A stretch of DNA of 64,000 bases from Eledone cirrhosa (Eukaryota): NCBI GenBank assembly GCA_964016885.1, contig OZ024740.1:98642001-98706000 (forward strand). Reading direction: 5' to 3'. This document shows, piece by piece, positions 51,590 through 64,000 of this stretch. The notes beneath the pieces were generated by a model. It did no database searches. It saw only the letters and a list, made by a program, of their open reading frames with translations, and was not told where the DNA came from. Positions within the stretch are counted from its first letter, which is position 1. Each line of letters begins with the position of its first letter. A program made the translations under genes and the position numbers.

Positions 51590-54500
51590 ACCCTGTGACC
51601 AAGAAATACCGGGATGGCGGCCGGCGGGGAATAGCCGTGACTCTAGGGGAGGACGACCCCTCTAGTCTTGGTTGACACTTGTGTTAGAAGTGGTAACACG
51701 AAATGATTACCCCTTGGCGGTTAAGGATAAAACGCGACAAAATAAAGTAAATGTCAAATGATAAAATCTCATACCGGATCGGCAGTCACCCGGGACAAAA
51801 AGGGCCGCGTCCCTCAGAGAGGAACCAGACTGGGGTCGAAAAATCAGCTAATGGTTCAAACCTTCCCATAACCGGAATAATCCTACTGTTAGCCCTCTAT
51901 GCTCACCACCAAGAAATCCAAAGAAAAAGAGAGAAAAATGGTCAAGGGAAGACAAAGTCAGTGAAGGGAAAATGAAACATGTGTCAGTGAAAACGAGGTA
52001 AATTGTAACACTTCAAATCCCAGGGTTGGGGCAGAATCACTGACAACAGAACAAATTAAAGAAAGGATCGAAAAAGTGGAGGGAGTGCATGCTCAAGATG
52101 AAACTCAAAATGAAAACAATGAGATCGTAAATGATAAAGAAATGAATCAGAATGAACTTGCCAAATTGAAGGGTGAAATTATGACCATATGGATGAAAAT
52201 GAAAGAATCTGACATGGGGGAACGAGACACTCTCCCTATGATCCAGAACTCCAAACAGAACTAAAAGATAATACACAAGACTAACATAATTCTCAAAAAC
52301 ATTATCATCACAAACAAACTAAACATTACTGATCTAAATCATCTCTATTATACATCGGCTAAAGTCACCACTCACTTATGTGGAGTGAAAATGAAAAAAC
52401 GAAGGAATTCCCACAAGAAATCTACTTGGCAAGAGAACATCAATCGCCAAATAAACCCTTTCCGATCTGACATAGAAATTTTAACAAACTACAAAGTAGG
52501 TAAACCTGTTAAACAAACTAAACTTAGGAAATTGAAAAGAAAATACAGTATAAAAATCAACAAGTGACATAGACATGCTGATAGAAATAATCAAGCAAAA
52601 AGTGTCGGCCAAAGCAGCTCGTATAAGGCGCTTTGAAAACGATCTAGAATATATAAGGACAATAATATGTTCAAAAACAACCAAAGAAACTTCTACAGAA
52701 AAATTGGCAAGTCAACAAAAAACTGTTAAATAATACCACCCAAGGAGGAAGTGCAAGAATTCTGGGAAAAGATCTGGACCGAAGAAAAAGTTCATAATAT
52801 ACATGCCCCATTGATAGACAGAGAAATGAAAGATACAGCTCACCTTGAGGAACAAACATGGGAAAATATAACATCTGAACAGTTGCATTTGGCTCTTAGA
52901 AAAACCAGCAAATGGAAATCCCCAGGAAAAGACACTTTACCAAATGTTTGGATAAATGCCTTCACAGAGTCTCATGAGCTGTTAGCCCAACTTTACAATG
53001 AAATAGTTAAGGAGCCAGAAAAGATACATTCATGGCTAGTTAACGGCATTACATTCCTACTTCTGAAGAATGATGAGACAAACAATCCCACAAATTACAG
53101 ACCGATAACTTGCTTGATCACAATGTATAACATTTTAACATCAGTCCTAACTGAATATACATATGACCACCTGATAACAAATGATTTATTTCCCAATGAG
53201 CAGAAATGGTGTAAACGAGGCTCATATTGCTGTAAAGATCAGCTTTTGGTTAACAAAATGATACTGGAAGATTTTCATAATAGACACAAAAATCTATCAA
53301 TTGCTTGGATAGATTATAAAAAAGCATTCGATAGTTTGCCACACAGTTGGATTGAAAAACGTTGATATAATTTCAAAATATCTCCCGTTGTCAGGAGGTT
53401 CCTGTCATTCAGTATGAAGACATGGAAAATGGCACTACTTTTGAATAGTGAAAAAATCACTGGAAGCAGGTGAGGTTAATATTAATTGTGGAATTTTTCA
53501 GGGTGACTCTTTATCACCGCTTTTATTCTGCATCACACTTATACAATTAAGTAAAATGCTCAATGAAACAAAACATGGATATAAGGTCTATGACAAAACC
53601 ATTAATCACGTGTTCTACATGGATGACCTGAAACTATTTGCAAAAAATGATAAACAATTGCAAGGGCTATTATCCACTGTGAAGCAGTTCAGTGATGACA
53701 TTAAAATGGAGTTTGGACTAGATAAATGCGCCGGGCAACGTTCACCAGAGGAAAGCTGCTGAAAAGTTCAGACATTAATCTTGATCAGGGGAATGTGATA
53801 AGAGAACTTGATCAAGAGGAAACTTACGAATCTCTAGGTGTTTGTGAAGGAGACGGAATCAAGCACTCGACAATGAGGGAAAGGATAAGGAAGGAATGTT
53901 ACCGCAGAGTAAGAGTAATGTCAAGCACAAAGATAAGTAGGCTCGATACAAAAATTAGAAAATTCTTAACCATGCACAGAATGCATCACCCTAAGGCAGA
54001 TACAGATAGAATATATCTTCCTAGGAAAGAAGGAGGACGTGGGTTAATCCAGTTAGATATTGCGTTGAAAACTGCAACAATTGTATTATATACATATCTA
54101 AGAGAATCACATGATTGGGTGATCAAACTCGTTTGGAAACACGAAAGCATCAAAAGATCATACTCCATTACAAAAGATGCACACAGGTACAGTAATGGAC
54201 TACGCATTTCAGAAGTTCCATTTACTGCTGAAATGAAAGACACAGAAAAAGCAAAGCAGGTAAATGTAACTGCAAAGAAAGAACTTCTACAGAAACTGGC
54301 TAAGAAATGGCAAGAAAAGCCTCTGTCTGGAAAATATCCAGAACGAGCTAACAATCCTGATGTTGACAAAATTTTAACCCATCAGTGGTTGGCATCCTCT
54401 GGACTGAAATCGGTGAATGAAGGACTGATTATATCAGCAGAAGATCAGTCTCTGCCAACAAAAAATTACCAAGCCAACATAATAAAAAATGGATGCAACC

Positions 54501-55225
54501 CATTATGCCGTGTATGTAAAAAACAACCAGAGACCATTGATCATATAATTTCAATGTGCAGTCCTATAGCTCCAACCGAATACCTATACAGGCATGACAG
54601 AGCTGCACAATACATATATTGGATAATGTGTAAGCCATTTGTCCTGCCCCATCAAAAGAATTGGTGGGAGCATCAACCACCTCCCATAATTGAAAAAGAT
54701 CAATCTTGTGGAATTTTAGCATCCAAACAGACCGAACAATAGATGCAAATAGAACTGAATAATACTGAATGATTTTAAAAAGAGAGTATGCCTGCTAATT
54801 GATAAGTCCGATCCAACAGACAAGAATGTATCTATAAAAACATTTGAAAAATTGAGCAAGTATAAGGACCTGGAGATAGAAATTGGATAAATGTGGAAAT
54901 TGAGAACTAAAACAATACCAATGGTGGTAGGGCCTCTAGGAATGATACCTAAGGGGTCTAATGATTACTTATCGCAAATCCCAGGAAACCCGTGTATAGG
55001 AGAAATACAATAGATAGTACTAATGAGAACTGCCCATATACTAAGGAACATTCTGTCAATATAGGTACAATACAAGTCTAAACACCTAAAGATGCATGTG
55101 TGAGTATGTATGTTCTTTCTTGAACATGGCGGATCTTGTTGTCTCTTGAGATCACTGGTTGTGACTTGGTGATAACTCGTATGAACAAAAAGCAAGATAA
55201 ATGAAAGTATAATAATAATAATAAT
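51590..55225 (+). mobile_element. Dong/R4 family B, near full-length with internal deletions
   Basis: GC-rich leader and ATG at 51751, then KWKSPG, NYRPIT, WIDYKKAFD, GIFQGDSLSP, YMDDLKLF, CCHC, RHD, 3' UTR and (AAT)n tail. Confidence 0.9.
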
Positions 55226-55499
55226 ATCCTAAACTTAATAATAATGCTTTCTTAATTAACCACAAGGGTCTACATAAAGTAGACATTAACGACAGTACAG
55301 GACAATACAGGGCGGTATAAATGGGCATTTCTGCGTGTAAAAAAGAAGAAACAGAGGATGTAATAATAGAACAATGAAAAAATTCCCCAATAGGGGGGAG
55401 CCTTCCGAGAGACATTCGTGGAGAAAGCCCATTAAGAAGCCACAGTGACCCTGACCACCAGGGCAAGTGCCCTCTCCCAGTTTTCCACCTTTAATTTAA

Positions 55500-58400
55500 A
55501 GACACATACTCAGAGTAGGCCCATTCACTCGGGCCATACTTGCTTCTCTCACCCCTCTTTCAACAAAATGCTGGGAAGAGATCACTTCCCTCTCTACCCT
55601 GATTTTCCTTTTCAAGTGAAATTTGAAAAAGTTAATCAGGGCATCACCGAAGAGGTAAGTGCTCATATTCAGCCCTTTCAAACGTGTCCACCATACTATC
55701 TATTTCGCCATGGCCACCTGACAGATAAAAACTACCTGCCCTTCCCGGCTAAAGGAAGAGGGCGGTGCAATCCTCATGATGGACTCAGCTGATGGCTGGA
55801 TCCGTCCTACACGTGAAAGCAGGTGTTCGACATAAACCCACAAGTCAGCAATGCTCGGACACTGGACGAGTGCGTGCAGGACGGTTTCGTCACCCTACGC
55901 GCACCTCGGACATGTCCGGCTGACGGCACCCCCATGCCTGTAGAGTTTATACCGAACTGGCAAAGCTGTTCGGTAGCACTGCCAGGCCAGGGATTTCTGG
56001 AAGTTGTCCATAGGCCCCGCCCCGAAAGTCCTTCCGAAGAGATTGGCTAGTTGATTTTCGTCGATGCCTAGAGTTTCTCCAAGTACGTCGTCGCTCTTCC
56101 CCTCCACTAATCCTCTATAGAACGCCAAGGTATAGTTTCCAACGATCATATTGCCCGATTGGTCGAGGGCTGTGAGCACCTGAAGATATTCCAGTCTCCA
56201 AGCGCTCCCTCTCGGTCTTCGCTTGACCCAGGACTGCAGCTCCGTCAAAGAGACGAGCTGGAGAAAGATGTGTCTAGCAAACGGTGACCACACCTGATCA
56301 CCGTCGAGGAAGAGGTGGAGATGTCGTAGCCTGAGCGCGTGTCTGCGCATCATCAGCCACGGCATGCCCAGCCCTCCACGTAGTGGGTATTGACAGCAGA
56401 TGGACCGCCTGACCATCGGAGCGCCTCCTTCCACAAAAAGCGAAAGAGCAAACGCTCCAGCGCAGTCAGGTGGGGCTTAGGACAAGGTACGACGGTCAGG
56501 CGGTAGTAGATGACGGACGCGATGTACGCGTTGGCCACCTCCGCTCGACCTGTCAGGGATAGCTTCCTCTCCGCCCATTTCTGGGTGAGAGAAGCCACCC
56601 TGCTCGTCACCTCGTCCCAGTTTTTGTCCGTCTGGAGGTCCGGACCAAACCTGACCCCTAGCAATTTAACCGGTCCACCCGTCCAGCGCACGAAAACGCT
56701 ATTGGACGGCATGGACCTTCCTCTCCAGGTGCCGAGCTGCAGGCCCACTGACTTTTCCTGGTTCATCATTGCTCCTGTCACCACTTCGTATTCTCTTAGT
56801 GTAGTGCCGATCGCCTCGATGTGTTTGGCGTTCGACACCACTACGATGACATCGTCCGCATATGCTGACACGGATCTTCCGCAACCTAGTGCGTGCGGTA
56901 CCCCCCTCAACGTCTCCAGTTTGTGCAGTAATGGCTCGAGAGTCAATACGTTCAAGAAGGACAAGAGAGGACATCCTTGGCGGACCGAGCGCATGATGTT
57001 GAACGGTTCCGATGGGTGACCGTACACTCTCATCACAGAGCAGATGTTACTGTGCATGGCAGCGATCCAGCCTCTGAAGACGGGCCCAGAGCCAGCCACC
57101 CTCAGGACTGCCGCTAGGTAACGATGGTCGACCCTATCGAAAGCTTTCGACTGATCTAAATTGATCAAGCACAGACCGTGCCAGGTTCCCTAGCTAACCT
57201 CTCTACGATGAATCGCATGAGGTGGAGGTTGTCGTGGATGGTTCTGTCAAGAATGGCGCATGTCTGCGCCTCTCCCACCAGACCACCAACGACAAGCGCG
57301 AACCTCTTTGCTAGCACCTTGGCCAAAATCTTGAACTCTGTGTTTAGCAGAGTTATGGGCCAGAAATTATCTATGTTAATCCCTTGTTCGGATATTTTCT
57401 CAGCAGCGCCACAGCTCCTCGGCTCACAGAGCTGGAAATTCTCTCGTTCTGTTGCCAGTTGCAGTAGACGCAACACTCCGCCTCAGTGGCCGAGAGCCGC
57501 GGCAGTCCGTCGAGGTAAACACTAAAGTCCATCCCTCAATCCGACCCGCCGCTTCCCCCGAACAGCTGTGCGAAGTGTCGCTGAAAATCTTCACACATTT
57601 GGCCGGGATCGAGTAGCATGCACCCGTCGTGGTCCACCAAAGACCGGATCGTGGCCTTGTTGCCACGACGCGCCTCCGCCACTCGGGCCCATTGAACGGC
57701 TTTCGTTCCCTCGTGTCTGAGAGCACGCACCCTAGCTCTGACAACGCAGCCTTCGTGCTTTGCATTGAAGAATTGGTCAAGGGCCAATTTCGCCGATTGT
57801 ACGTCGGTCGCGATGCCTTTGCTAAGCGCCTCGTCTAAGTTTCTAACTAATTCTCCCTCTGCTCTATTTTTCTCTATTGCTAAAGCCTTACTAAACCTAA
57901 TGGACTCTATTCTAATTGCTCTTTTCAGAGCAAACCACCACTTGTTCTTGACGATGGCCCCCGTCAACGCCCGCTTAACTAGTTCGCTAATCCGGTCTCT
58001 ATAGGTCTTGCGCGCTGGTAAGGACGCGTTTAGCTTCCAGTAGCCGGATCCTCGTCTATGAAGCCTATCTAAGTCAAGCACACAGATCACGAATTTGTGG
58101 TCCGTGTAGCTGACTATCTTGAATTGTGGACAGACTATGCTAGACCTATCTATTTCCCTACAAAATACTCTATCTAGATATGAACTGGATGACCCTATGC
58201 GATTTGTCCAAGTCCATATTGGCACATTCGGGAAATCCAATCGGTACCTGTCAGACAGTTCAAAACGCCTGAGCAGCTTGGTGAGATTTTGCACCCACCT
58301 CTCCTATCCGCTGATCCCACATAGTCCCTGCGTGTATCTAAGATCCCGTTCCAGTCGCCCATTAACACTAAAGAGCGGGACGTTCCAAGAAAGGTCTCCA

Positions 58401-58776
58401 AACGCCGGAAGAAATCAGGCCGCCCTGCTCCTGTCGGGGCATAGACGGCCATTAGCCTGAAAGCTTGCCCGTCTCCGCTGGTCACGTCTAGCACCACCAA
58501 CTTACCTTCTGGGTCCAGGAAGATGGCCCGTATGGCGAGATCCAAACCTCTCCGAAAAAGCACAGCAACTCCTTCCCCCGATCCCGGACGGCTGGGAGAT
58601 GCATACACATCGTAGCCGCCGAAGATTGGTGCGAAGGCCCGTGCTTCGGAGATTCTGGTCTCGCTGATGGCCACTACATCTATGTTTAGTGACCTGAGGT
58701 CATTGAGCAGGTGGCCCTGCTTCCATGAGGACCCCAAGCCACGCGCATTTATGCTGCCTATTCTGAGTGAGGTCAT
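55500..58776 (-). pseudogene. L1/Tx1 ORF2: APE endonuclease, RT and C-terminal Cys motif, frameshifted
   Basis: GSINARGL, ISET, VYAP, MGDWN, LDRVF, TDH, GYWKLN, PITLLNTEFKILAK, LDQSKAFDRV, VRQGCPL, AYADD, GGLG, CPRC. Confidence 0.9.
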
Positions 58777-58811
58777 GTTGAAATGGAGTGGAAAAGATGG
58801 GAAAAGACCAC

Positions 58812-60230
58812 TTACCTTACTTCTCGTTGAGGAAGGATGGTTTCTCCATCCTTTTCACTGCATGTGGCCTCCTCCGGAAGGATGTCCTTATAAATCCTCC
58901 TGGAGAGTGTTTGTCGAAAGTCTCCGATGTCTTTGGGGAATTTTTGTGTTAGTGTTCTGTACGTTTTCTGTGTGATGCGAGTGATTTGTATGTGTGGATG
59001 TGGTGTGAACGTTTGGATTGTTGTGTAGTCTTTTTCTGTGATGCTGGTGTTGTGTTGGATGTAGTGTAATAATTGGTTGTTGTTCAAATTTAATTCTGTG
59101 TAGTGTGTATCGATTTGGTTGTTTTGTTTTGTTTGCGTTTGTTCTGGGTTTGTTTCTGTTTCGCTTTTTGGTGACTTTTGTGGTGTTGGTGATGGTGGTG
59201 TTGGGGTTAATGATGGTGATGGTGTTGGTGTTTGTGGTGATGGGGTTGGTGATGCTGGTGTTGATGATGGCATATCTTTCCTAACTTTTTTGTTTGATAG
59301 TTTATTTGTTTCCCTCTGTATTTGTTTTTGGAGGGGGATGGAAGAGAATTTGTTCTTTTTTGCTTTCTTTAATTCTTTTTTCCTGATAGCGTTTTCCACA
59401 CCTCGTCGTCCAGTTGTGATAGGCCGGGGAGTGGAAAATCCTCCACAGGCGTTGGTTTTGGTTGTGACGTGGTGGATGATGTAGGCGCTGGTGCTAGTTC
59501 TGGCACGTTGGGTGGTGGTGGTGTTGGTTTTGCTACTGTTGCTGGGGTTGTTGCTGTTACAGTTGCTTCTGTTGTTGTTCCTACAGTTGTTGCTGCCATC
59601 TCTGCTGCTGGTGGTGTTGATGGTTGAGTCACTGGGGTGGGTAGGAGAGGCGTCCTCAACCTTTTAGCCTGAGGGCAGAAAGCCCTTAGGTGGGTTCCTT
59701 CACCACAAACGACACACCTAGGCCTTCTGCCCTCGACAATTACGGTGAGGTGGCTGCTGTCAGTGAGGTCTATTACCTCTGGGATCTCCTCAATGCTTTT
59801 TTGGTCCGCTTGGATCAGGAGCTCCATTCCAGATCCGGACCAGTTCCTTTGCTTTTCTTTCGCTATTTCGATTATCTTGGTGTTGGCTTCGATGCCGGCG
59901 AGGACGCCAGCTATTAGCCAGGGAATTTCGATGGCCGGTGCAACGTGGGTGACCCTGATCTTTACGAGTCTCTGGCCACAATAGCTTGGGACGAGTGTGA
60001 AGTCGTCACTTCTTAATGGGGCCATGGAGTGTTCTTTAGCCTCCCGTGGTGTTTCAGGCTTTAACACCTGCAGTCATTGGTAATGGCGGGAAATGAATGT
60101 CTGCCTGAGACAAATTTAAAATTTCGCTACTGCTTATATTTTTAGTGTTGGCAAACGTAGTAATATTTACAATGGCGGTGTCGGTGTGAGGTGTTAGTTT
60201 GTGAGGAAGGAGTGACTCTGAGTCTTCCAT
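58812..60230 (-). pseudogene. L1/Tx1 ORF1 (gag-like, zinc knuckle, Pro/Thr-rich), frameshifted
   Basis: IVEGRRPRCVVCGEGTHLRAFC (CX2CX4HX4C) in ORF 59369-60067, continuing in 58812-59399. Probable ATG at 60230 (MEDSESLL) lies in another frame. Confidence 0.75.
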
Positions 60231-60468
60231 GATTTTTCAAAGAAATTTGTTTTGTTTGATAATTATAAAAAGTTTAAATTTTGGGCTCAAGGCCCCAATA
60301 TTTTTGAGTGTCCTTTTCAGAAATCAATATATGTGCACTTATATACAGTTAACAATAAAAATTTTCCATAAATGGCAATTTTAAACAACTGAAAATAACA
60401 AACCTTTGCGGAGCTCACGATGATACGATTTACTACGTAGGTCGCCAATAATAATAATAATAATAATA

Positions 60469-63400
60469 AGAGATGAACCAGACTGGGGTCGAAAAATCAG
60501 CTAATGGTTCAAACCTTCCCATCACTTCGGAGCTGGAGACCTCCCATAACCGGAATACTCCTACTGTTGGCCCACCATGCTCACCACCAAGAAATCCAAA
60601 GAAAAAGAGAGAAAAATGGTCAAGGGAAGATAATAAAGAAGTCCTTGAGGCTTTCTACACTACCATGTACTACCCATCAAATACATCGAATACAAAACAG
60701 ACATATATCAACTGGAAAAAGAAACATCCCGAAAACAGGCTATATGGACAGTAACAAACTAGCCAATATACGAAGAAATTTTGTAAAAAAAGAGTTACTA
60801 ACTGATATAGAAATTGATCAGATCAATCTATTAGCACAAAGTCAGCGAAGGGAAAATGAAACATGTGTCAGTGAAAACGAGGTAAATTGTAACACTTCGA
60901 ATCCCAAGATTGGGGCGGAATCACTGACAACAGATCAAATTAAAGAAAGGATCGAAAAAGTGGAGGGAGTGCATGCTCAAGATGAAACTCAAAATGAAAA
61001 CAATGAGATCGTAAATTATAAAGAAATGAATGAGAATGAACATGCCAACTTGAATGTTGAAATTATGATCGAATGGATGAAAATGAAAGAATCTGACATG
61101 GGGGAACGAGACACCCTCCCTAAGATCCAGAACTCCAAACAGAACCAAAAGATAATACACAAGACTAACATAATTCTCAAAAACATTATCACAACAAACA
61201 AACTAAACATTACTGATTTAAATCCTCTCTATTATACATCGGCAAAAGTCACCACTCACTTATGTGGAGTGAAGATGAAAAAACAAAGGAATTCCCATAA
61301 GAATTCTCCTTGGCAAGAGAACATCAATCGCCAAATAAACCTTCTCCAATCTGACATAGAAATTTAACAAACTATAAAGTAGGTGAACATGTTAGACAAA
61401 CTAAACTTAGAAAATTGAAAAGAAGTACAGTATAAAATCAACAAGTGACATAGACATGCTGATAGAAATAATCAAGCAAAAAGTGTTGGCCAAAGCTGCT
61501 CGTATAAGGCGCTTTGAAAAACGATCTAGATTCTATAAGGACAATAATATGTTCAAAAACAACCAGAAAAATTGGCAAGTCAACAATAACTGCTAAATCA
61601 ATACCACCCAAGGAAAAAGTGCAAGAATTCTGGGAAAAAGATCTGGGCCGAAGAAAAAGTTCATAATATACATGCCCCATGGAGAGACAGACAAATGAAA
61701 GAAACAGCTCACCTTGAGGAACAAATATGGGAAAATATAACAGTTGAACAGTTACGTTTGGCTCTAAGAAAAACCAGCAAATGGAAATCCCCAGGAAAAG
61801 ACAAAATACAAATGTTTTGGATAAATGCCTTCACAGAGTCTCATGAGCCCAACTTTAAAATGAAATAGTTAAGGAGCCAGAAAAGATACATTCATGGCTA
61901 GTTAACGGCATTACATTCCTGCTTCCGAAGAATGATGAGACAAACAATCCCAAAAGTTACAGACCGATAACTTGCTTGACCACAATGTATAAAATTTTAA
62001 CATCAGTCCTAACTGAATACACATATGACCACCTGATAACAAATGACCTATCTCCCATTGAGCAGAAAGGGTGTAAACGAGGCTCATATTGCTGTAAGGA
62101 TCAGCTTTTGGTTAACAAAATGATACTGGAAGATTTTCATAATAGACACAAAAATCTATCAATTGCTTGGATAGATTATAAAAAAGCATTCGATAGTTTG
62201 CGACACAGTTGGATTGAAAAATGTTTAGAGATTTTCAAAATATCTCCCGTTGTCAGGAGGTTTTTGTCATTCAGTATGAAGACATGGAAAACGACACTCC
62301 TTTTGAATAGTGAAAAAAAATCACTGGAAGCTGGAGAAGTTAATATTAATTGTGGAATTTTTCAGGGTGACTCTTTATCACCGCTTTTATTCTGCATCCA
62401 CTTATACAATTAAGTAAAATGCTCAATGAAACAAAACATGGATATAAAGTCTATGACAAAACCATTAATCACATGTTCTACATGGATGACCTGAAACTAT
62501 TTGCAAAAAATGATGAATAATTGCAAGGGCTATTATCCACTGTGGAGCAGTTGAGTGATGACATTAAAATGTAGTTTGGACTAGATAAATGCGCCAAAGC
62601 AACGTTCACCAGAGGAAAGCTGCTGAAAAGTTCAGACATTAATCTTGATCAGGGGAATGTGATAAGAGAACTTGATCAAGAGGAAACTTACGAATCTCTA
62701 GGTGTTTGTGAAGGAGACGGAATCAAGCACTCGACAATGAGGGAAAGGATAAGGAAGGAATGTTACCGCAGAGTAAGAGCAATCTTAAGAACGGAATTGA
62801 AAGAAAAGAATAGGATCGATGCCATAAACACGCTTGGCATACCAGTAGTAACCTACAGTTACAATGTCATCAACTGGTCAAGCACAGCGATCCGTAGGCT
62901 CGATACAAACATTCGAAAATTCTTAACTATGCTCAGAATGCATCACCCTAAGGCAGATACAAATAGAATATATCTCCCTAAGAGGACATGGGTTAATCGA
63001 TTTAGACATTGCGTTGAAAACTGCAACAATTGGATTATCTACATATCTAAGGGAATCACATGATTGGGTGATCAAACTTGTTTTGAAACACGAAAGCATC
63101 AAAAGATCATATTCCATTACAAAAGATGCACAAAGATAGGGTAATGGACTACAAATTTCAGAAGTCCCATTTACTGCTGAAATGGAAAACACAGAAAAAG
63201 CAAAGCAGGTAAAAGTAACTGCAAAGAAAGAACTGCTACAGAAACTGGCTAAGAAATGGCAAGAAAAGCCTCCGTATGGAAAATACCCAGAACGAGCTAA
63301 CAATCCTGATGTTGACAAAACTTTAACCCATCAGTGGTTGCATCCTCTGGATTGAAATCGGAGACTGAAGGACTGATTATATCAGCACAAGATCAGAGTC

Positions 63401-63810
63401 TGCCAACAAAAGATTACCAAGCCAGCATAATAAAAATGGATGCAGCCCATTATGCCGTGTATGTAAAAAACAACCAGAGACCATTGACCATATAATTTCA
63501 ATGTGCAGTCCTATAGCTCCAACCGAATACCTAAACAGGCATGACAGAGCTGCACAATACATACATTGGATAATGTGTAAGTATTTTGACCTGCCCCATA
63601 AAAAGAATTGGTGGGAGCATCAACCACCTCCCATGCTTGAAAAAGATCACATCTCAATCTTGTGGAACTTTAGCATCCAAATAGACCGAAAAATAGATGC
63701 AAATAGACCTGATATAATATTGAAGGAGTTTAAAAAGAGGGTATGCTTACTAATTGATATGTCCGTTCCAATAGACAAGAATGTGTCTATAAAAACATTT
63801 GAAAAATTGA
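60469..63810 (+). mobile_element. Dong/R4 family B, slightly 5'-truncated, 3' end replaced
   Basis: Colinear with 51817-54855 and retains segments deleted there. RT, CCHC, RHD and RPD motifs are present. Confidence 0.9.
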
Positions 63811-64000
63811 AACAAGAAAGATCAGAACTTGGTGGAAGAAACGACTGAATGGTCAAATCAGGGTTATGAGATATGACATTGGAAAGCTTGAGTCCTTACT
63901 GAATGGGACATTACAAAACATAGACACTAAAAATAGATTGGAAATAAAGTACAAAACTAGGAGGAAAAAGATAAATATCATCAGAGAGGAACTGAAGCAA
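63810..64000 (+). mobile_element. Dong/R4 family A internal segment, running off the window
   Basis: Matches 46303-46492 (TTGGTGGAAGAAACGACTGA...GAGGAACTGAAGCAA). Confidence 0.85.

Larger units (their letters stand above)
55236..60446 (-). mobile_element. Full-length L1/Tx1-type non-LTR retrotransposon (degenerate)
   Basis: 5' UTR, ORF1 with CCHC, ORF2 with APE-RT-Cys motif and 3' UTR. Bounded by (AAT)n on both sides. Confidence 0.88.

Overview
AT-rich eukaryotic, repeat-dominated DNA. I found no convincing host protein-coding exon. The SINE and LINE repertoire suggests a mollusc, probably a cephalopod; this is inference only. Positions 1-39.5 kb hold many mostly 5'-truncated RTE-clade LINE copies with (GAT)n tails sitting in (TA)n microsatellites. 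Their RT domain carries an in-frame C4HC3 PHD-type finger. The same region has tRNA-derived SINEs, a probable hAT relic, a degenerate minisatellite and several Penelope-like element (PLE) pieces. One of these is a near-complete Naiad-type PLE (RT + GIY-YIG, 32.7-34.85 kb). Positions 43-64 kb are a nest of microsatellite-associated non-LTR elements separated by (AAT)n tracts: two Dong/R4-type RLE families and one full-length L1/Tx1-type element. The most interesting signals are RNA structures not shown by the ORF track. They are a type I hammerhead ribozyme with a compensatory U3-A8 core upstream of the Naiad ORF (32465-32558), a type I hammerhead with an ~80-nt structured insert in stem II inside a partial tandem repeat (40175-40301), a minimal hammerhead (6442-6475) and an inverted pair of hammerhead-like motifs (7748-7851). 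Element boundaries were read by eye and are approximate.
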